DNA from: Andalucia godoyi And28
Taxonomy: Eukaryota > Protista > Jakobida
NCBI GenBank assembly: GCA_009859145.1
Contig: VRVR01000023.1
Location: 255,494-319,493 of the forward strand
Direction of reading: 5' to 3'
DNA: 64,000 nt
In this document: one piece after another, positions 10,327-19,673 of the stretch
Layout of the letters: every line of letters begins with the position of its first letter
Numbering within the stretch: position 1 is the first letter of the stretch
The notes under the pieces: generated by a model
What the model saw: only the letters and a program-made list of their open reading frames with translations
Databases searched by the model: none
What the model was told of the DNA's origin: nothing
Program-made: the position numbers and the translations under genes

Positions 10327-12237
10327 ATGAGCGATGTATACAGTGATGATTCATTCGAGTCGATTGAGGAATCGGTGGCGTCTGCGCCCATTACTCCAAA
10401 GTCCGTGACGTCTGCGGCTTCGCATCGGCGTTCTGCGATTGACTTACGACTGGTTGCGCTTGCTTCGAGTGAGGCGCACAGCCCAGGCCCGTCGACTGCG
10501 CGCAGCCGAAGCGACCGGTACTCTCCAGTGGCTTCCGCTCGTGCGAATCGCCAGGAATCTCCGCTGCAGAGCCCATCATCCTCTGCATATCGGTTTACAG
10601 GACCACAACAGTCGTTGGCGACTTCAGAATCAGCGACGCCAAAGCCAGCTGCTGCTGGTGGTCAAGGTGGATCCCGCAGCGCAGACTCGGAGGTTGACAC
10701 GACACCACAAGCAGAAGCACAGTCCGTATTGTTTGCGCCGTACATTGACAAGATGATTCATTCTCAGCCATTGCGGTTCGCACATCACGCCGATTCCTCC
10801 AAGTTTCTTGACAAGGAAAACATCCTTGCGTACATGCATGAGATTCGAATGATGGACGAGTGCATTCTGGATCTTATCTGTGAGATGGCGTCTGCAGACT
10901 CCATGACGAATTCAGACCCGATTGATGCGGTGGTCGTTGCGAAACAGACGAGCATCAAGAACGCGGTGTTGACGGAGGATACGGAACGAAGAAGCAAGTA
11001 CCTCTCGCGAATTGGATCTCCATCGTTGGATGCTCCGGCGATGGTGGTGGATGTGGTGACAAATTTGCCCATGGTGCTTTCCGTGTCATTTGTTCGCTTG
11101 TTGTTTGTGCTTTCTGAACGACTCTGCAGCATGTTTGGCGCCTGGCATTCCAAGGACAGCGAAATGCTTCCACGCAATGAGAACAGTCAGCATGTCTCAT
11201 TTGGCCTTGCTGAAAGACAAGATCGCCTGTATTTGGCCCTACACTTGTCACTTTTGCATCAATGCTATCCGATGTCAAATCATGCCGCGTTGTTTGGGTT
11301 GCTGCATGAAGAAGTTGACTTTGCTCTGCTCTGCATTCTCGATTATCTTTTCGATCGTGTAGTTCCTGGGAAGCATGTGTGGAGGCCGAGGAGGGTGGAC
11401 GACGCTTCGTATGCATTTCATTGCGTTGCCGCCGTATCGCAGTTGAACGCGTCCATTTTGAGGAGTCTACGCCGAGACGACTGGGAAGATCGCCTGGCAT
11501 TCGGTAACGAATCCATGAAAGAATTTCAGGATGTCAACTATGAGCGTGTGTTTGAACTTGTCCCAGGATCACCCTCTGCCGCACGCCCTTCCAACTCATC
11601 CACAAAGAAGAAGACGGTTGATGCCGTCGTTACTGCATTGTCTGCAAGCATTGCAAGGGACTTTCCACTGGTTGCGCAAGCTGAAATCGAGGAAATTGTG
11701 CTGGAGTCTGCCAGTCGTCTTCTCCAGGATGAGGTCATTGCAGCGTCCATCCAACGTCGCGCAAGGAAACAAGTGGGGAAGATTGACTTGCAACAGCGCC
11801 AGTGCCGTCCTGCAGATGTATCGGAAACCGTACTTCCCAACGCAGCGGGAGTCGGCGGAAGTTCAAACAGCATGATGCCGGCTCCAAATGATGACAGAGC
11901 GAGCGTCGCTTCATCAGCCACCGATGCTGCGTCTGCTCTGTTTTTCGACTCGCACGCTTTTCCTCCTACAACGAGCTGCACGGATGCGGCATTCGAATCT
12001 CCTGCGGGGGATCTCTCTCATAGCCCCGAACCTCTAAGGAAAGGTCCTGTTGTGCAACCTGGCATGGATACTGGGGATGTCAAAAGAAAACGAAATCCCG
12101 TGAAAGGGACGTCCAAGGCTTCTTTCTCTTCTGCTTTATCAACGGTGAAAAAGACAACCACTCCACAGCGTCTTTCACCCACCCTAAACATGCCTGTTAT
12201 GCACGGGTCTCCTGACGGAGTTGGGTGGGGAGATTGA
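10327..12237 (+). CDS. Uncharacterised protein (636 aa) with low-complexity termini and a helical core
   Basis: Long ATG-initiated ORF flanked by AT-rich gaps; no family recognised. Confidence 0.72.
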   Translation: MSDVYSDDSFESIEESVASAPITPKSVTSAASHRRSAIDLRLVALASSEAHSPGPSTARSRSDRYSPVASARANRQESPLQSPSSSAYRFTGPQQSLATSESATPKPAAAGGQGGSRSADSEVDTTPQAEAQSVLFAPYIDKMIHSQPLRFAHHADSSKFLDKENILAYMHEIRMMDECILDLICEMASADSMTNSDPIDAVVVAKQTSIKNAVLTEDTERRSKYLSRIGSPSLDAPAMVVDVVTNLPMVLSVSFVRLLFVLSERLCSMFGAWHSKDSEMLPRNENSQHVSFGLAERQDRLYLALHLSLLHQCYPMSNHAALFGLLHEEVDFALLCILDYLFDRVVPGKHVWRPRRVDDASYAFHCVAAVSQLNASILRSLRRDDWEDRLAFGNESMKEFQDVNYERVFELVPGSPSAARPSNSSTKKKTVDAVVTALSASIARDFPLVAQAEIEEIVLESASRLLQDEVIAASIQRRARKQVGKIDLQQRQCRPADVSETVLPNAAGVGGSSNSMMPAPNDDRASVASSATDAASALFFDSHAFPPTTSCTDAAFESPAGDLSHSPEPLRKGPVVQPGMDTGDVKRKRNPVKGTSKASFSSALSTVKKTTTPQRLSPTLNMPVMHGSPDGVGWGD

Positions 12238-12323
12238 CAAACGTCAAATTGCAAAATCTGCAAAAATTAGCAAATTGCAAGTTACTTTTATTGGAACAAA
12301 AGCCGACTAGGGTCGCACGCGCG

Positions 12324-14144
12324 CTAGTGATGATGCGCAGAGGCTTCCACGTCTGTCGGTGGGTTTTTCAAAACCTCGTCCGCACAGTTGCAAATTTCCT
12401 TCCAGGCAGCCACGACATGTCGTTCTTTCGTGCATGGAACACCAACAGCAAACCTCAAGAACGTAGTCCCATGCACTACAGAATGCACAAGAAAGCATGT
12501 CCCCAGAGAGTTGAGTCGGTCCAGCACTGCGCGATTCGCGGCGTTCGTCGAATTCAGTCTGAAGCACACCAGGGACAGTACAGTGGGTTTGAAGAGGGAA
12601 AATCGTCGGGATGGGTCAGATGTCACGAGAGTGGAGAACACTTCAGCAAGTTCGCATGTCTATAGGAAAAGATGAGAAATCAGAAAAGGAAAACCAAACA
12701 TCCTGCAGCATATAAAAACAGGGGGGAAAGAAGGCAATAATAAAATTGAATTAAAATAATAAAATAGAGAAGAGAAATCTGGAGAAGCAATTGTTGCAGT
12801 AGAGGGGGGAAAAACCGGTGGACATACTTTCCGAATGTGCGAGCGAATGCCTTGCAGTCCATAGCACCGCAGCACAAGCCACAGCTTGATTGCGCGGAAC
12901 CTTCGTCCAAGAGGGATTTGCCAATCGCGATAGTCCGTTACGGTGCCAGACTCGGTCCACTTGTTGCGCAAGTACTCTGGAGTGATGGACAACACATCCA
13001 ACAGGGCGGATCTGTCCTTGACCCACATACACGAACAGTCAAAATTCACGAGCATCCACTTGTGTGCATTGAAGTTGAACGAATCTGCATATTCGACTCC
13101 ATTTAGCAATTTCCTGTACTCGGGGCAGATGCACGCAGAGCCAGCATACGCAGCATCCACGTGCAGCCACATTCCATTGCTATTGCAAAACCCTCCAATC
13201 TCGGTGAGGGGATCAAACGCACAAACCGATGTTGTACCAACGGTGGCGCAAACAAAGAAAGGAACAAGACCATTTGCAGTGTCTTGCATGACCATATCAA
13301 ACAACGCAACAGGAGAAAACGAGAAGGTTTTCGAGTCCGAGGGCAGCAATCGCAGGTTAGCACCGTCAATCCCCAGAATCTTGAATGCCTTTGTGATGGA
13401 AGAGTGCGCTTGGTCCGAGGCATATACCACAAACTTGGACGTCCAATCTTTTGCAAGCGCGCCAGATTCGCCGGTGCTCGCTAGAGTCGCGAGCTTGCGG
13501 TGTCGTGCCGCGAGCATGGCAACCAGCACGCTTTCCGAGGCTGTACCTTGGATGACCCCGCCTCCCTTTCCTGTCGACAAAAACTCTGCGGGCAGATCGA
13601 GCGCCCTTGCCAGCCAGTCCATCACCACGGTTTCAAGCTCCGTACACGCCGGCGAGTTGATCCATGAGAACCCAATGCAGTTGATCGCTGCGGACAGCAT
13701 TTCTCCCACAATTCCAGGAAACGACGAATTCGCTGGGAAATACGCGAAGAAGTTGGGAGACTGCCAGTGAGTCACACCAGGCATGACGAAGTGCTCAAAG
13801 TCTGCAAAAACGTCACGAAAGTCCTCTGCCTGCTCGGGTGCATTTTCCGGCAACAGCGTAGCCAAATATCCAGGTTTCACCGCCGACAGCACAGAGTACT
13901 TGGACTGGCCAACAGCACTAGAGCTCGCCAACGTGGAATAGTAATCCGCAATCCAGTCCACAACCGACTTTGCATGCACTCGAAATCCTTGTGCAGTCGT
14001 TATTGGCTCGGTCGGCGAGGTGGAGGACGGCGATGCACCAGCACCTGTGGCGTTCTGTCGCCGGCCAGAGTACAGCAGCATCAGCACTGCGGAGGCTCCA
14101 GCAGCAGCTCCAGCTGACACCAGCCATAGATCACGAAGCGACAT
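12324..14144 (-). CDS. DDC: PLP-dependent aromatic L-amino-acid decarboxylase (group II), 2 exons: join(12324..12659,12828..14144), ~550 aa
   Basis: PGVTHWQSPNFFAYFP, SPACTELE, GGGVIQGTASE, SDQAHSS, WLHVDAAYAG, NAHKW (PLP lysine), DWQIPLGRRFRAIKLW. Intron GTATGT..TAG joins IRK to TCELAEVF in phase 0 and restores the C-terminal domain. Confidence 0.93.
12660..12827 (-). other. Spliceosomal intron (168 nt) in DDC
   Basis: GTATGT donor, pyrimidine-rich tail ending CCTATAG; removal restores the reading frame. Confidence 0.88.
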
Positions 14145-14293
14145 TTTCTGTGCGTCTGTGCGAGTACGTGCGTGAAGATGTGTGTGCTCGAGGACTCCTC
14201 GCTTCAAAAATGATAGTAACAAAAACCATGCTTTTCTTTGGCGCGTTGGTGTGCTTGTGTGTGTGTGTGTGTGTGCACGCTGCTGCAGGTGAC

Positions 14294-14863
14294 CTACGAC
14301 TGCTGCCGCATGCTCCAGGCAATTGCGTCGGATCCTGGAACACGCAGCAGGAATTGAATGCGGTGGACGGGTACGGGTCGGCTGCAGGAGGCAAATATTA
14401 AACAGGTAAAGAAGAAGGAAGGATGCACTGCCGAGACTGCTGGAAGAGTTGGTGCGTTCACGCAAAAGGACTTCTTAATATGTTTTTCAAATCCAACAGT
14501 CGTTTTCTCGCCGGTACACTCCTTTGAGACGGTGAAGCCTCTCACAATATGATACTGTGCACGCTTCATCACGTCTACCGGTTGTGACGAACCACAGACC
14601 TGGAAGCTACGATTGCGGTTTCCGTTCAAATCCAACAGTTTTTGCATTTCAGCAGTCCTGCTCATGATGAAGAAGAAAATCTGCCAGGTCAGCATCGTGA
14701 CTTCCGATGCAGCCACTGCATCCAGCCGCTCGCCAAAACGTGAATCATTACTGATCATCGGCGTGCTCGTCTTTTGAAGAGCGACGCGACCCTTCTCTTG
14801 AGCATCCTCGGGATTGCGGTAAAAACAGTACTCCTCCATCGTTGCCGGATTGGCCGGTGTCAT
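14294..14863 (-). CDS. Hypothetical protein (~181-189 aa)
   Basis: Only long ORF in a GC-balanced stretch between the DDC 5' end and the AT-rich island at 15.05 kb; no motif recognised. Confidence 0.4.
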   Translation of the reverse strand: MTPANPATMEEYCFYRNPEDAQEKGRVALQKTSTPMISNDSRFGERLDAVAASEVTMLTWQIFFFIMSRTAEMQKLLDLNGNRNRSFQVCGSSQPVDVMKRAQYHIVRGFTVSKECTGEKTTVGFEKHIKKSFCVNAPTLPAVSAVHPSFFFTCLIFASCSRPVPVHRIQFLLRVPGSDAIAWSMRQQS

Positions 14864-15121
14864 CGTTTTGTTTGTGGAGAAAGACGCAGTTGTTGTAGGC
14901 CTGTTGTCGAAGACTTCATTCTAGACTGCGCGTTCCGGTTCTCTCCGCAGACGCGCTGACCAAAACAATCTTGCAAACCGGTGGGTTAGTCATGAGCATG
15001 GCCCCGAATTCTTTGGAATACCATAAGGTGTCAAATTATCCTCCATTTTTAATTAATACTTTTATTATTTTTATTGTTAAATTTAAAGTTCATTATTGAT
15101 ATTATTTTATTCATGAGAACT

Positions 15122-15785
15122 GGATGGCATTACGCCTACATTATACCCTGAGCATGCATGTCTACGAATAGACATGCATATTCAGTCTTGCATCCCGTTG
15201 TCGGGAAGGGGATAAGCCCCCCAACACGCCTCACAGCGTTCTTCAGATAGATGTTCCGCGCTCCGTTCCCAATCTCGATCAATCGGTGAGCCACTTTCTC
15301 AGCCTGACACGTGGTTTCTGAGAAGGGTGCATTTTGATTCTGACGGCCCTAGCAGCAGGCGTAGTGACATGTGGGTCTCTTAGGAGGTCTGCGGGACCTA
15401 GGAGGCCCTGTATCGGGCGGCGTAGGCGTAGGCGAATGCGTCGTCCCAGCGCGCTCACGCCCATATTTGAATTAATAAAGCGGAACCAACGAATGATAGA
15501 ACAGATGGCTACGGATGCTGCGTTAAAGAGTGTCGAAAATGCAGAGCCTGTGTCACCGGCTGAATTCTGGCCGAGCGTGCGTAAGCACGAATTCCCTATG
15601 AAGCAAACGTGCTAGTGTCGGCCAGTATCGACCGTGTCTGTTTATGGATACTTCCGTATGCATGCCAATGACGTGTCATTATTCACCAGTAGTCTATGTG
15701 TTGCATGTCAGGTTCGGAAAAACCAGGCAGGCCCGTGACGGTTGACGTTTTGACGTTTGAGATGGGGCACGGACAATCCTTTTTT
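15122..15785 (+). ncRNA. Candidate structured non-coding RNA of unknown class (core domain 15122-15446, possible second domain to 15785)
   Basis: A ~17-bp interrupted closing helix pairs 15122-15139 with 15428-15446. Internal stems 15148-15185 (11 perfect bp), 15197-15224, 15292-15329 and 15345-15407; GUAA-tetraloop hairpin at 15576-15589; AT-rich block upstream and T6 downstream; no credible ORF. Confidence 0.6.
15780..15785 (+). terminator. Possible RNA polymerase III terminator (T6)
   Basis: First run of six T after the structured region. Confidence 0.3.
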
Positions 15786-16066
15786 GGGTAGAACATTTGC
15801 CCGTTGTTTTTATCCGGGTTTTTTTTCGCACTTGATCTCCGTCGTCCTGGATCCTTTTGCGTCCTTCTCGTCCCCGTTTCCGTCTTTTGACAGCTCTGAT
15901 TTGCTGATTTACCGATTTACTGGTTTCTTTTTTTAGAAATTAATCATATACATACGTATATATTTTCTCCATCTTTTTTCTTCTTCTCCATTCTTCTTTC
16001 ACTTTTGTACGCACACATTCCTCTTCATTTTCATTGATTGACTGGATTCGAGTTGTTAGGGGATAA

Positions 16067-19000
16067 ATGGCTTCCGCGTCAGCGCCGACGATGCGAACCA
16101 CGGTTCCTGTCGCGTTTGAAGAGATGCGACAGTCGCTGGACATTGAAGGGCGCACTGCGATCTTGAATCGCATGCAGTGGAAGTTTGGTTCTATAGATAC
16201 GTCGGCGAGTTCTTCGAATGGGCGCATTGATGGACCGAGCAAACCGTCTGCTTCGGGTTCGGGTGCACGAGTGACTGCGCAGCCAAAGGATATTTTCGAG
16301 CACACGATGACGGTGGAGCAAATTTCCAAGCTCTTTGTTGTCGGGGTGGATCCGGACGATGTGGCGCAGTCGGATGGGCTGACGGAAGACGTGGCAGCAC
16401 AGCGATTGACGCAGTTTGGCAGAAATGCGCTCACTCCGCCCAAGAAGCAGCCTTTGGTGTTGCAGTTTCTTGGACACTGCACCGACCTGTTTTCCATCAT
16501 GTTGCTTGCTGCAGGCATTCTGTCGTTTGTGCTGCTGTCCTTGGATCCGTCTGCACTGGTGAACGTTTGGCTCGGAGTCGTGCTGTTCATTGTTGTATTT
16601 ATCAATGCGTGCATCGGATTTGTGCAGGAGCGGAAGTCGTCAAAGATCATGGATCAGTTCCAGAACATGTTGCCACAGGAGTGCACGCTCGTGAGAGCTC
16701 CAAAGGGAGAGCACAAGGGCTCTGCCAGCGATCTTGTGCCTGGCGATCTCGTTCACATCAAGGAGGGCGAGAAGATTCCGGCGGACTTGAGAATTGTTAA
16801 AACCATGATGTCGTTTAAAGTAGACAATGCATCTCTGACTGGCGAAGCGGAGCCGCAGGAACGCAATTCTGCAAAGGCCACAGCCGAAAATCCCCTCGAG
16901 GCTTCCAATCTTGTTTTCTATGGGACGTACGTGGCTTCCGGAGAAGCATACGGCGTTGTGATTCGCACTGGTGATGGAACCGTGATCGGGCAGCTCGCCA
17001 GAATCACATCCGCAGAAGAGAAGCAGCAGTCAACACTTTCCGTGGAAATCAATCGGTTTGTCAAGCGCATGGGCATCGTTGCTGTCATCTCTGCGATCGC
17101 TGTGTTCGTCTATGCAGTCGCCTATGGATTCCCGATTTTGTCGTCGTTTATTATCGCAATTGGAATGGTTGTCGCTTGGGTCCCTCAGGGCTTACCCGCA
17201 ACGGTTACCATGTTGCTTGCAATCGCTGCGAAGAAGATGGCGGAGAAGAAAGTGCTGGTCAAGGATTTGCAGGCTGTCGAAACACTGGGCAGCATTACGT
17301 GTCTGGCCAGTGACAAGACAGGAACTCTGACGCAAAATAAGATGACGGTAACCAACCTGTGGATTAACCGGAACCACTACTTTGTAAGCTCATCAGTTAT
17401 TGGACCGGCCAAGTCCGCGTACTTTGACGAAATTGAACCTCCAATGGTCGAGCTGGAATTTGAAGAAGACGGGGTTGCAGATCGAATTCGCCGATTCCCT
17501 GGTATTCAAAGCGTGCAAAACTCGGATACTTTGCTTCGATCGTGTTTAATTTGCAGTCGAGCCCAGTTTGATCCTTCCGAAAGTGCAAACGAATCTCGCT
17601 CAATTCCTCTCCAGGATCGCAAGGTCCTCGGTGATGCGACCGAAATTGGACTGTTTCGTTTCGCAATCGAGTTTTACGGAACATATTCGGGTCCTCTCCG
17701 AAGGGTGTTCGAGATTCCCTTTCACTCGGAGCGAAAATGGCAGCTTGCTGTGTTCAGATCCGTTATTGAACAGCCAAAGGTGGTCGAGCACGCGCAGACA
17801 CGCAGCCACCAGAAAGAGCAGTTTTCCAATGAGGCTCCAATCCTGCTGATCAAAGGAGCTCCAGAACGAATCTGGGACATGTGCAGCACATACATGGTAG
17901 ATGACGTTTGTGTGCCGATTGACAAGGAAGCAGGTCAGATGTTTATGAAGGCGTACGAACAGATTGCGGCACGAGGACTCCGAGTCTTGGGGTTTGCACA
18001 GATTCGATTGGAATCCCCAGAGTATCTCGATCCTGCATTTGAGTATCGATCGGATCCGCCGAACATTCCACTGAGCAATATGACTTTCATTGGTCTTTGC
18101 GGATTGATGGATCCGCCAAAGCCTGGTGTAAAGAAGGCCGTGTTGGAGGCAGTTGGTGCGGGAATCAAGGTAATGATGGTGACGGGCGATCATCCCATCA
18201 CTGCGCAAGCGATAGCATTGGACGTTGGAATTTTACGCCATCCTGTCACCACCATTGACGTATTGCGCCAGACCCCCATCTCGGAATCCTTGATTGAGAA
18301 GGGTATTGTCCTCCACGGATCGGTGATCCCGCAGCTCACGGACCGGGATTGGTTCCAAGTGCTGCAGTGTAAGGATGTCGTGTTTGCCCGAACCTCCCCG
18401 AAACAGAAGTTGGAGATCGTTCTTCGCAGCCAACTCCATGGACACGTCGTTGGTGTCACTGGAGATGGTGTGAACGATTCGCCGGCTCTCAAGCGAGCCG
18501 ATCTTGGTATCTCCATGGGTATTTCTGGATCAGATGTTTCGAAGGAGGCTGCGGCCATGATCCTGATGGACGATGACTTCTGCTCTGTCCTGGTCGGTAT
18601 CCGTGCTGGTAGATTAATTTTCGAGAATCTCAAAAAGTCAATCGCCTACACGCTGACGCACATCATTGTGGAAGTGATTCCGATCCTTTTGAATCTGTTC
18701 TTGCAATTTCCAATTCCGATTTTACCGCTGTGCATTCTCGTGGTGGATCTTGGTACAGAACTGTTTCCAGCTGCGACGTTTGCGTACGAAGACGAAGAGT
18801 CGAATCTTCTGGCTTTGGAGCCACGCGTGTCTGTCCTACCCTGCGGTCCGGATTCTGCTCGACGTTCCTTGCAAGACAAGGGAGAAAAGACTCCGCAGTC
18901 GAAAATCGCGATGGATATGGAATCGCAACTGCAGAGATCGCCAAGCTTGGGGGCTGGCGACATTGTCGATGCGAAGCCGACGATTGTTTCTCAAGTGAGA

Positions 19001-19567
19001 GATGAGCATGAGAAGCGCGAGCGATTGATTGACGTGCCGCTTGTCATTTACTCGTATATTTTTATGGGCCTGCTGGAGACCTGTGGTTGCGTGCTTTCGT
19101 ATTTCCTTGTCTTTTACGTAGACGCAGGGATCACCCCATCTGATCTGTTCCGTTCTGGCGGGAAATATTTTTCGACGACGACGACGGACGACTTTGTGAC
19201 GAATTCGGGTTCTCACCGATACACCCCTTCGGAACAATTGTCCATCTTGGCAAATGCTCAATCGGCATATTTCATCGGCCTGGTTCTGCTCCAGATCATC
19301 CATCTATTTCTTTCCAAGACCCGCCGCTCGACGTTGCGACTGCCGCACATTTTGCAAAAGCGCAATGCCATGTCGATGTGCTGCAGTGCCGCGATTTGTG
19401 TTGCCATTGTGTACATTCCAGTGTGCAACTGGATTGTTGGAACCGGGCCTGTGGGAGGAATGGCATGGGTGTATCCCCTTCCTTTTGGAGTTCTGATGAT
19501 CCTTGCGGATACGTTCCGCAAGATCTGTATTCGCAAGGGATGGAAGAAATCCTATTTCTTCTATTAG
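16067..19567 (+). CDS. P-type ATPase, type IIC (Na+/K+- or H+/K+-ATPase-like) alpha subunit with atypical ion-site residues
   Basis: KVDNASLTGEA, DKTGTLT phosphorylation motif, KGAPERI, MVTGDHPITA, FARTSPKQK, GDGVNDSPALKRADLGISMG, KKSIAYTLT; about 10 TM helices. Confidence 0.93.
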   Translation: MASASAPTMRTTVPVAFEEMRQSLDIEGRTAILNRMQWKFGSIDTSASSSNGRIDGPSKPSASGSGARVTAQPKDIFEHTMTVEQISKLFVVGVDPDDVAQSDGLTEDVAAQRLTQFGRNALTPPKKQPLVLQFLGHCTDLFSIMLLAAGILSFVLLSLDPSALVNVWLGVVLFIVVFINACIGFVQERKSSKIMDQFQNMLPQECTLVRAPKGEHKGSASDLVPGDLVHIKEGEKIPADLRIVKTMMSFKVDNASLTGEAEPQERNSAKATAENPLEASNLVFYGTYVASGEAYGVVIRTGDGTVIGQLARITSAEEKQQSTLSVEINRFVKRMGIVAVISAIAVFVYAVAYGFPILSSFIIAIGMVVAWVPQGLPATVTMLLAIAAKKMAEKKVLVKDLQAVETLGSITCLASDKTGTLTQNKMTVTNLWINRNHYFVSSSVIGPAKSAYFDEIEPPMVELEFEEDGVADRIRRFPGIQSVQNSDTLLRSCLICSRAQFDPSESANESRSIPLQDRKVLGDATEIGLFRFAIEFYGTYSGPLRRVFEIPFHSERKWQLAVFRSVIEQPKVVEHAQTRSHQKEQFSNEAPILLIKGAPERIWDMCSTYMVDDVCVPIDKEAGQMFMKAYEQIAARGLRVLGFAQIRLESPEYLDPAFEYRSDPPNIPLSNMTFIGLCGLMDPPKPGVKKAVLEAVGAGIKVMMVTGDHPITAQAIALDVGILRHPVTTIDVLRQTPISESLIEKGIVLHGSVIPQLTDRDWFQVLQCKDVVFARTSPKQKLEIVLRSQLHGHVVGVTGDGVNDSPALKRADLGISMGISGSDVSKEAAAMILMDDDFCSVLVGIRAGRLIFENLKKSIAYTLTHIIVEVIPILLNLFLQFPIPILPLCILVVDLGTELFPAATFAYEDEESNLLALEPRVSVLPCGPDSARRSLQDKGEKTPQSKIAMDMESQLQRSPSLGAGDIVDAKPTIVSQVRDEHEKRERLIDVPLVIYSYIFMGLLETCGCVLSYFLVFYVDAGITPSDLFRSGGKYFSTTTTDDFVTNSGSHRYTPSEQLSILANAQSAYFIGLVLLQIIHLFLSKTRRSTLRLPHILQKRNAMSMCCSAAICVAIVYIPVCNWIVGTGPVGGMAWVYPLPFGVLMILADTFRKICIRKGWKKSYFFY

Positions 19568-19673
19568 AATGCCGTAGAGATGCCGGCAGGTATCGGTAGT
19601 TTGAGAGGATAAAAGACGCAGACGACGTTCCAAACAAACAATGACACACGCACACATACAAGCTTTTCCATAC

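Noticed and set aside
14145-14465. N-terminal 107 codons of the 601-aa DDC ORF
   Set aside because: Starts at a non-ATG codon and crosses CA repeats; leader sequence rather than coding.
15255-15280. SRP RNA helix-8-like motif on the minus strand (GAGAUUG GGAA CGG AGCG)
   Set aside because: The CAGG/AGCAG symmetric loop is imperfect, there is no helix 6 tetraloop, and flanking sequence forms local hairpins instead of the long helix 5.
15685-15697. Group I intron P7-like TAGTC/GACTA
   Set aside because: The partner strand and the P, Q, R, S elements are missing.
15706-15732. GUCAGGUUCGGAAAAACCAGGCAG resembling bacterial 4.5S/SRP domain IV
   Set aside because: The stem around GGAA does not pair as required and AGCAG is displaced.
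14983-16060. Telomerase template candidates (GGGTTAG at 14983, TTAGGG at 16055, GGCGTA repeats at 15419-15434)
   Set aside because: The TTAGGG matches are only 7 nt and lie outside the structured region; the GGCGTA repeat is used in the closing helix. A non-TTAGGG telomere cannot be excluded.
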